Made by a program: the position numbers and the translations under genes
Notes under the pieces: generated by a model
What the model was told of the DNA's origin: nothing
The model's database searches: none
Seen by the model: only the letters and a program-made list of their open reading frames with translations
Part shown: positions 38,000 through 64,000 of the stretch, piece after piece
Numbering within the stretch: the first letter of the stretch is position 1
Layout: every line of letters begins with the position of its first letter
DNA from: the human T2T-CHM13v2.0 reference genome, Homo sapiens
Reading direction: 5' to 3' (one strand)
DNA length: 64,000 nucleotides
Assembly: GCF_009914755.1 (NCBI RefSeq)
Contig: NC_060936.1

Positions 38000-39491
38000 A
38001 AAGCTTCCTATCACTCCTTTGAAAATACCTTGTACACTTGCATTAAGTCATAACCTAATTAAGGCTCATTGGTTTCACCTGTGAGGTTACTGTTTGTAAA
38101 GTTCAAAAGCCAAAAATCTTAACTGCTTGGCATGGCTAAAGTCGAGTAACAAGGGATTTTAAAGGATTTTCTTAAAGAGCACTGAGCTTAATTAAAAGTT
38201 CAGGCATGGTGGCTCACACCTGTAATCCCAGCACTTTGGGAGGCTGAGATGGGAGGATCACCTGAGGTCGGGAGTTTGAGACCAACCTGACCAACATGGA
38301 GAAACCCTGTCTCTACTAAAAATACAAAATTAGCCGGGTGTGGTGGTGCATGCCTGTAATCCCAGCTACTTGGGAGGCTGAGGCTGGAGAATCGCTTGAA
38401 CCCAGGAGGCAGAGCTGTGGTGAGCTGAGATTGCACCACTGCATGCCAGCCTGGGCAACAAGAGTGAAAACTGTCTCAAAAAAAAAAAAAAAAAAAGTGG
38501 ATATTCAAGTTACAGGGTTATAGGTATATTTAAGGCCTTTATGTTTTTCTCTTCTTGGATCTTGTTTTTCTGGAAAAAGGCTCTTTTCTTCTCAGTTGAC
38601 TGAATTATTTTTCTCCATTTTTTGTCTTACCACTCTTAATGCATGCATGAGAGGCCCTAAGATAACTTCTGGTAACATGGGACTGCTGGAGAAAAACAGA
38701 GGAGGCATCACAGACTCCGTTCTGGGGGGGTTGGGAGGGAACAAGAAACAAATCAAAAAAACCTCTGTTTTCCTCATGAAACTCTCCAAATTAAAAGCAG
38801 ATAGTTCCCTCAAAATCAAAGGCTCTGTACTGTTATGTATTGTGTTATCTACCGCTTTTGAGTTTTGGGGTATCAAATTACTTCACATTGTGGGAGAGCT
38901 TTGGTGTGTAATAACTTACAGTGTAGAAAATACACTGTAAGGGGTGGCTAATAGTAGTTATAAATCAGAGAAGCATGCTCTGCGCCATCTGAAAGATATG
39001 GAGACATCCCCATACCCCAATAAGAGATGAGACTCCCTTGAGGGATGGGCTAATTACAAATTAAGCCAATTAGCTTGGAGTTGCCTTGCAATGAAATGCA
39101 TGGTAGAAGCACTACACTGTCTTCTCCCATAGTATCTTCCTCCTTTTGGGGACCCAAAATCCAGTATAAAATGGCACCGTTAATTTTAGGGATCTCTCTT
39201 TGCCTTCAGTTGTGCCTGCTTATTAGGCCCTAAAAAACGCATACTACCCGGCCCTGTTCCTCCAAGGGTTTCACCCTAAAGCCAGTAATACAATTAAGAA
39301 ACTGGCAAATGAAAAATCTTAACAAGTGCTGAATATTCTGTCTGTGTTGTTATAGATGTGTTGTGTGTAATGTCTATAAAAACAGCTCTAATTGATTGGC
39401 TTAAAGAAAAATAAGCACTAGGCCAGACGTGGTGGCTCATGCCTGTAATCCCAGCACTTTGAGAGGCTGAGGCAGGCGGATCATGAGATCA

Positions 39492-39752
<261 letters not shown>

Positions 39753-40199
39753 CTAGTTCACATGACTTTAAGAAATAAAAATAGTCTCAAGGATTATTGG
39801 TAAAATGCAAGCGTCATCAAAATGCAAATAGGTGGTCTACAGTCATGTTTTTAACTAACCTGCAAATTTTGTCATTCGCAGACAATTGTTGTCTTGCTTT
39901 GTTCTTTCTCAAAAGACGGTTTATAATCAAGCTATATTAAGGACGTTAACAGGTGTTCTCAAATGCAGGTTTTTAATAGCTTTTAATATTGTAACATTGA
40001 CATAAAGAAAGAATGTATGGGACTCATAAAGAACTGACATGTTCACAAATATCAAGCAAAACACAAGTTAACTAAATGGATTGCACTCAGAAAGTTAAAG
40101 CACCCTTTTTGACTTTTGCTTGAAATGTTGCTGATCCTTGTTTTGTTTTTCAGAGTCAAGGAAACTTATTTTGAACTATTTACAGCCTTAAAAAAAAAG

Positions 40200-41850
<1,651 letters not shown>

Positions 41851-42323
41851 GTATCTTTTATTAAGTTTTATTTTCCTCCAGATATCCTGTTTGTAGGTGT
41901 GTGTGAGAAACAGAAAATGTTACTGAATCAGAGAGAGTCTAAGTACCATTGTTTTCTGCAGTTTTCTCTTAAACCTTGGGGTTAAAAGAAATCTGTTGAA
42001 ATACAGTGTAACCACATGTCTTATTTCTCAGCTTTTTGTGAGAGATCTCAACTGGGAAGATTGATTGAGGTAGTTTCTTTTAAGCCCTGTTGTTGGTCAC
42101 ATTGACTGAACATTTTAGTGAACTAGGATTACTCCACTTACTGGATATTCTTAATACTAAGGTAACAATATGAAAAAAGAACGTATTTTCTGTATATATG
42201 TATAAAGCATATTTAGTGAAATTGTGAGAGTTATTGGTCTAGTATAGGCAAGAGAACTTTTTAGCTTAATTGAGTTCTCAACTGGTATATAGTATGTGTT
42301 TATATGAAGGATCAGTTTAGTAA

Positions 42324-44291
<1,968 letters not shown>

Positions 44292-46924
44292 TTATTAACA
44301 GCATCAATATTAAATTTACAGCTAGGTGAAAGAAAGGATATGTTTTTCTTCTTCCATTTGGTCCTTCAGTACCTCTTCCACGTTCCCTGTGGTAGAGCCC
44401 AACCCTGACAGGAGACTCTTGGTGCTGAGTGATCCAGTAAACCAAGACTAACCCCCACCCTCTCCTACCTCAAACACACAGTGTCTAGTTACAGTGGTAG
44501 CCTACATGGATTTCTGGCATAATTTCTCTTATCATGAACCATTCCATAAACCAGTCCTCTGCAGAAAAGAGAGTTCCTTTCAAATGTGTATTCTCAGGCT
44601 CACGCAGCCACTGAATCCTGGACCTGGCATATAATCATATTAGAATACAACTGTGGAGTGAGGCAAGTGGGAATTCTTGGCTAGGACCCCAACATAACTA
44701 AGGTTTAATCTTAACCTTAAATAAGACTCCTTTGAAGGAGGTACAAGCACAAGAGCTATAACCAGGATATTGTAGTCCTTTTTATAGCACTTAAGTTCTT
44801 CTTATGACATTTATTTGTAAAAACTAAAAATCCTTTTAAGGCTAAAAAACCTACCTAGGGTTTTATTTCAATTTGGTAAATAAATAATACTAATAACTAC
44901 AATGTACTTATTATTAATTTCAACACTAGAAATTCATTATCATGTCCTTTTAGGGAGTCTTTAGTCTTCCTTCCGTGTGTTTCCATAAAGACTTCTGTTT
45001 TATTTTTCCAGCTTGTCTCATATCCTACAGACTTTCAGAAACACATATAACTACTTTCTTGTCTTCACTTGATTTATAGACACTGTAATGGGTATAGCTT
45101 ACCCATTTAAGCTTCCCCACTCTTGGGTCTCTTATGGAGTAACTTCTTTACTTGATGGGGTCTTGTCAGACCCAAGAGTAATATTTGTGTGTCTTGTGGG
45201 TTGAATATAATATTGTAATAATTCTTACTTTGTTAAAAGGAATCTTCTGAGAGTGGTGGTGTGTTTGCCATACTCCTTGAGCTTGAACTGAATGAGTTTT
45301 GTTAAGAGGTCTGGGGTTCTGTGGAAATCCTTGATTTCTTCTGACTTGCAGTCCAGATGCTTTTAACCACAGGCAACGAGTAAAAATATGTGCATGACAA
45401 ACCTGTAAACCAGAAAGTGAAGACAGCAGGCAGAGTGGCGTGCTATAAAATTTTTATCATCACACTTGAAGTGATCGTGTTGCTCATTAATGGCAAAAAC
45501 TCAAGTTCTAACACATGGCAGTTTTAGTCTGTGTTTAGCCTTGCCATGTGCTTTCATCTGCCAGGCTCCTCTTTGCTTTCCCCTTTGTTTCCCTGCTTTG
45601 AAGTTCATTCATTGTCCTGGTTTACTGTGAAATGCCACTTGGGGATAACTCAAAATAGGAGAGTGGCTTTATTACCTGTGCTTTTCATATTTCATGCTAC
45701 CTTTCTGTTTTCCAGTTTCCCCCAGTTAAGTTGCATTCCTTATGTACCGTGATGTTCCTCTGTTGTCAAACTAGAGCTTCTTCCCACAGCTAAGTGGCTG
45801 ATCAAGGTTTCTCCAAAGAGATAAGTATCAGTTATATAGCTCTCTAAGCAATGTGTAGACTGAGAGCCACTCAAAACCTGGCTCTCTGCAGGCTTTCAGG
45901 TGGCAGTAGTCATGGGTGAGAGTCAGTGGTTTTGGCAGGTACAAACACATATGAATTGTATGAAGATGTTTCTTGAGGAGGAGTGTCCTGGAGTGGAAGT
46001 GTTTTCCTTTAGTAATCCCTTTACTAATCCCACAGTTCAAATATCTTGCTTTATATCCCTAAGAGTACAAAGATTTCAATGAATTTCTCTGTTTAGTGAA
46101 GTCAGAGACAGGAACAAATGCAATAGGCTGGTATGCAACTTTAATTTTTTTTTTAAGTTTGGGAAATACAGGAAAGAAAAGTCATGGATAATTCTGTCAC
46201 GCCAATATAACTAATATGACCATTTTGCACATTCTTTTTCAGGATTCCTATATGTCGAGTTTCACAGAATTGTAAAACTATGGTACATAGGACTTGGTAT
46301 TCTAGGTTTTTAAAAAACTAACAATTGTGTCAAACTATTTCTACATTATTTTGAATCTTGAATAGTATGCAGCCACTAAATAAGGTTAGAACAAGAGAGC
46401 TACTGTAATTTAGCCATTCCTCTAATGTCAGACATTTGTTGTTTCTAATTTTTTGCAATAGCTAATGATGTTACAATGAAATCATTGGTAATAATTGGAT
46501 AAAAAGAAGGGATTGAAGACAGGGAAAAGAAAGGGGTGTAGGCTGTAGAGCAGGGAGAGAACCTCTTTGCAGCTTAGGCTTGGGAGAGAGAAAAGCTGTG
46601 GCAAGGTATAACTTTGTCCCTGTATCTAGAAAGGTTATGGACATGTTCAGGAGGTCCGGAATGGTGAGTATTGATAGGCCTGTGGCCTGTGTTGTTCCAC
46701 TGGGTTTTACAGGAAGTTAACATGATTGATCCTAAAGCTATAGCACTTTTATTGAAAGGGAATTTGGGACTATCCCCATTTAACTAGGTGATAATAGCTA
46801 TGTTAATAAAAACTACTGAAAGCTTTTCCTAAGAGAAGGCTAGGAGGTAGGGGTCTTTCAATGTTTTCATTATTTTAGATTTTTTTTTTTAAAGCTAGTC
46901 GTCACAAATAAGAATACTGAGTTA

Positions 46925-50678
<3,754 letters not shown>

Positions 50679-50741
50679 CAGAGAAATTACAAGCGAGAAA
50701 TTACAACAAGCTAGTTTTTCTTTAAGAAGAACCCACTTCTC

Positions 50742-51095
50742 ATTTTCTTATCTGTTCAGGCTGGTAAAACAAAATAACATAAACTAGGAGGCTTATCAAC
50801 AACAGAAAACAATTTCTTACAGTTCTGTGGCCTAGGAAGTCCAAGATCAAGGTGCCAGTAGATTCCACGTCTGGTGAGGGCCCACTTCCTGATTCTCAGT
50901 AGGTACCTTCTTGCTGTGTCCTCACATGGTGGAAGGGGAGATGGGCTCTCTGGAGTTTCTTTCATAACTGCGCTAATCCCATTCTTGAGGGCTCCTAATC
51001 ACCTCCCAAAGGCCCCTCCTTCTAATGCTGTCACTTTGAGAATTAAGATTTTGACAGAGAAATTTTAGAGGTATAGAAGCATTCAGATCATAGCG
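50742..51095 (-). mobile_element. MLT1A-type MaLR LTR
   Basis: GGAAGTCCAAGATCAAGGTGCCAG...GCTGTGTCCTCACATGG...ATTCAGATCATAGC matches MLT1 antisense. Confidence 0.85.
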
Positions 51096-51351
51096 CTTAT
51101 ATCTCAAAGATAAGGAGATTTCTATGTTCCTCTTCACTTTTCTATCCATATGTTAAGTATTAGTAACATTTGATTGTCTGGTATATAATGAAACAGTCTC
51201 TTGGTTGTTGACCCTGTCTTGACATTGTATGATAGGGGTTATTTAAAAATTTCTTAAATTAACTATCTTTCTAAAAACTATTTTTATAAAATAATACATG
51301 TTCATGGTTTAAAAACACATAGTACCAAAAGTACGATGAAAGTGAAAGCTT

Positions 51352-52390
51352 GCCAGGCGCGGTGGTTCACGCCTGTAATCTTAGCACTTTGGGAGGCCAA
51401 GGTGGGCAGATCACGAGGTCAGGAGATCAAGACCATCCTGGCTAACATGGTGAAACCCCGTCCCTACTAAAAATACAAAAAATTAGCCGGGCGTGGTGGC
51501 AGGCGCCTGTAGTCCCAGCTACTCGCGAGGCTGAGGCAAGAGAATGGCGTGAACCCGGGAGGCGGAGCTTGCAGTGAGGCCGAGATCGTGCCACTGTACT
51601 CCAGCCTTGGCAACAGAGCGAGACGCCGTCTCAAAAAAAAAAAAAAAAAAAAAGTGAAAGCTTACTAGACATAATGATTAATAATAATAATGATTAATAA
51701 TAAACATTTTGGGGATTTAGCTGATTTTATTAACACCATTTAAATATCAGTCTAGGTGTAGTGACAGTATAACATACTGGTTAAAAGCATGGGCGCTACC
51801 TTTACATTTATGGTCAATTGATTTTTGACAAGGTTGGCAAGATACATCAATAGGGAAAGATTAGTCTTTTCAACAAATGGTGCCGAGACAGCAGGTTATC
51901 CACATGCAAAAGAAGAAAGTGGATGCCTGCCTCATAGAACACATGCAAATTAACTTAAAATGGATCATAGTCCTAAAGTAAGAACTAAAACTATAAGACT
52001 CTTACAAAAAAAATAAAATCCTTGTGACTTTGGAATAGGCAATAGTTTCTTAGATATGACACCAAAAGTATAAGCAAAAAAGAAAAAGATAAATTTGACT
52101 TGATCAAAATTTAAAACTATATTTCAAAAAGACTTCTATATTTTAAAGCTGTTTTTTTTAAAGTGTAGGTTCTAGAGAATGATAACCTAAGTTTGAATTT
52201 TAGCTCCATTACTTATTGTAAGCTGTGCAACCCTGAGGAAGTTGCATAACCTCTCTGAGTCTGTGTCCTTGTTTGTAAAATGGGGATGATGGTAGCAGTG
52301 CCCACCTAACGATATTGCTGGAAGGATTAAATGAAAGGAGGCATATAAACATTAACCCTCTGTCTAGTTCTGGATAAATACAAATATCAA
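51352..52390 (+). mobile_element. AluY (51352-51653, TSD AAAGTGAAAGCTT), then a MIR interrupted by an L1 ORF2 fragment (~51795-52130)
   Basis: AluY diagnostics; L1 motif ATTGATTTTTGACAAG...CTTTTCAACAAATGGTGC; MIR core TGTAAAATGGGGATGAT. Confidence 0.85.
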
Positions 52391-53224
52391 CTATGAAGAT
52401 GATAAGGAGATTGAAGAAGGATGAATGGCTTACTTGGATCAGCAGAAATGAGAAGAAATCACCTAAGGAACAAGTAGTAAGGGTGGGCTTGAACTTGGTT
52501 TATTCATGGGCCCTGAAGAAGATGGATAGTTTAAACATTTTTACAAGTTGGAGGTAGCAATCTCTTGGTGGTTTTGACTGGTGATGATGCCCAGGATGAC
52601 AGTGCTGTCATGTGGGGATAACATACCACTAAGCTGGATCATGTTTGTTTTGATGCCTGATTGGGCCAGCACAAAATCCTGAGGAGAAAATAATTCGCAG
52701 TAAGTATTTTTATTGCAGTCTTGCTGCATCTTGCCTGAAGATCCTGTGTCTGCTTATCCAGGAGTTAACCTGGGAGAAAACATGTAAGCCTTGGTTTGAG
52801 TGGTCTGCCCCTATGTCTGTAAGCAGGGTTGTGTTGGAAGGGGACATCTGTCTGACATTTGGCCTCTCTGCATTTAAACCATGGTTGGGAATAGAGATGG
52901 CATAAAATGTGGCCTCAGTATTTCCAACCTGTTACTTATTTTCCTGTGTCCAGGGAAGGTTCTGATTATGGCTTGTTGGCAGGATCCCCTGAGAACATAT
53001 CTTGACTGTGATCTGAGTTAGGAATATTGAATAATATGTCAGAGGTTCCAGTCAGATGAAAGAAGTAAATCTATAATCTTCATTAGAGTCCTTCCTTCCT
53101 CAGATTCCTTATTTTGGCCTGTGGGACTTAAATGGTAATGCTTTTAGAGTGAACCTAATATTAGAAAATGCATCATCATGTTTTCCTTTGTGATAATTAC
53201 CATCCTTACTTCCATTACTTCTAG

Positions 53225-53376
53225 CTAAAGATCATCACCCTGGTAAAACTTTGCCAGAGAACCCAGCAGGATTCACCAGCACAGCCACTGCAGACTCCAG
53301 AGCCCTGCTTCAGGCCTATATAGACGGTCACTCTGTGGTCATCTTCAGTAGGTCCACATGCACACGCTGTACTGAG
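53225..53376 (+). CDS. TXNRD1: TXNRD1_v3 coding exon 2, start of glutaredoxin domain including CTRC dithiol (53359-53370)
   Basis: Pyrimidine tract + TAG acceptor; 152 nt open in the phase-1 frame set by exon 1 (AKDHHPGKTLPENPAGFTSTATADSRALLQAYIDGHSVVIFSRSTCTRCTE); donor GAG|GTAAGG. Confidence 0.96.
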
Positions 53377-53481
53377 GTAAGGCTTTAAACTCAAGGGGTT
53401 TAAATGGAATTGAAGGAATTTGACAGACTTTTGAGCTCAAATGTAAACAACTGGATTTTACCTTTAGGAAGAGTGTATGTA

Positions 53482-59420
<5,939 letters not shown>

Positions 59421-59730
59421 TGCTTTTTTAAACATAGTATTAAACCCATTTTATAATGAGGTAGACTGAGTCACTAAACATATAAAATGTATCTTATGAA
59501 GCGATACAGATGAATCATTGACAATTGGATAGAATCAACAGACTTCAGATACTCTTGTAAATATCATTTCTGTCAACAGGGAGAATCTTATGGGTTACAT
59601 AAAAGTGAATTGGAAAGTTTTCAAAGGTGAAGGCTGGTTGAGGAAGGAAGTAACAAAGCTGGATAAGAGATTCTCTTGTTGGTTATAACCTCATTTTTCA
59701 TTTTCCTCCTTGTTTTTCAACTTCTTCCAG

Positions 59731-59791
59731 GTAAAGAAGTTATTTAAATCTCTGTGTGTTCCTTATTTTGTGCTTGAACTTGATCAAACAG
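59731..59791 (+). CDS. TXNRD1: TXNRD1_v3 coding exon 3 (VKKLFKSLCVPYFVLELDQT + 1 nt), glutaredoxin domain
   Basis: Long pyrimidine tract + CAG acceptor; 61 nt in frame with exon 2; consensus donor CAG|GTAAGT. Confidence 0.95.
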
Positions 59792-60356
59792 GTAAGTTTC
59801 TGTTTAATATGTAAATCATAGCTGCTGACTGTACATTTTATCTCATTTATTCTATCTGGCTTTAATTTGTCTTCCTTGAGGTTTTTATTGTTTAGTGAGC
59901 ACTTGCTAGCTGATTCTTCTTTTTGGTCTTTTAGACAGGGTACTCTCCTGGAGCTAATCATATTCACCTTTAGCCTTTACCTAGTGTATAGCCTTGGTAT
60001 TACCCAGAGTTTCCTCTTATTGAAATTATTCTTCTTATTACTCATGAATCTAGTTACAGATACAGTATTTGCTGGTTTTATGGTAACTTTACTTTTGCAA
60101 ATTTGTCTCCTTTCTGATAAGTAATACAAATAGTATTTGAATTAAATATAAACTGAGATGCATTCAGAAATTTTGGCAGGGACATACAAAGATCAGTAAA
60201 GGTGAAAGATCCATGAAAAGTGCTACTGGGAAATCCCAGGGAGAGAAAGATTGGTGGAGTAAAATGGAAAGCTTCTTTCTAGGACCATGGTGCTCCTTTT
60301 TTGTGGGTCAGAAAATCCCAAGGGCTCACAGGCAAACATTATTAAGAATCTAATCT

Positions 60357-63998
<3,642 letters not shown>

Positions 63999-64000
63999 AG

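Noticed and set aside
52600-52705. Cryptic exon ending at GCA|GTAAGT (52700)
   Set aside because: No convincing upstream pyrimidine tract or acceptor, and no transcript evidence available
53225-53376. Assigning species or haplotype from synonymous positions in exon 2
   Set aside because: Cannot verify against a reference without alignment; the protein matches the recalled human sequence but a great ape cannot be excluded

Overview
Primate (human or great-ape) genomic DNA containing the upstream region, CpG-island promoter and first three coding exons of the rare glutaredoxin-domain isoform of thioredoxin reductase 1 (TXNRD1_v3) on the + strand. The exons are 17496-17586, 53225-53376 and 59731-59791. 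Spliced, they give MGCAEGKAVAAAAPTELQTKGKNGDGRRRSAKDHHPGKTLPENPAGFTSTATADSRALLQAYIDGHSVVIFSRSTCTRCTEVKKLFKSLCVPYFVLELDQT..., and the gene continues beyond the window. The rest is mostly interspersed repeats: roughly 75-80 Alus by eye, old L1/L2/MIR, MaLR LTRs, a solo LTR1, and a 7.8-kb rearranged ERV1 in intron 1. Nearly all ORFs in the supplied track are Alu/L1/LTR artefacts. I found no convincing new gene system. The most unusual structures are (i) the intron-1 ERV, which looks like an L1-retrotransposed, 5'-inverted copy carrying a ~760-bp inverted duplication that includes one shared Alu, (ii) a perfect hairpin displaying AATAAA in intron 2, and (iii) splice features of exons 2-3 (a recursive-type AG|GT, and a frame-symmetric pair flanked by inverted Alus). 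Repeat subfamily names are from recalled consensus sequences, not a database search, and repeat boundaries are approximate.
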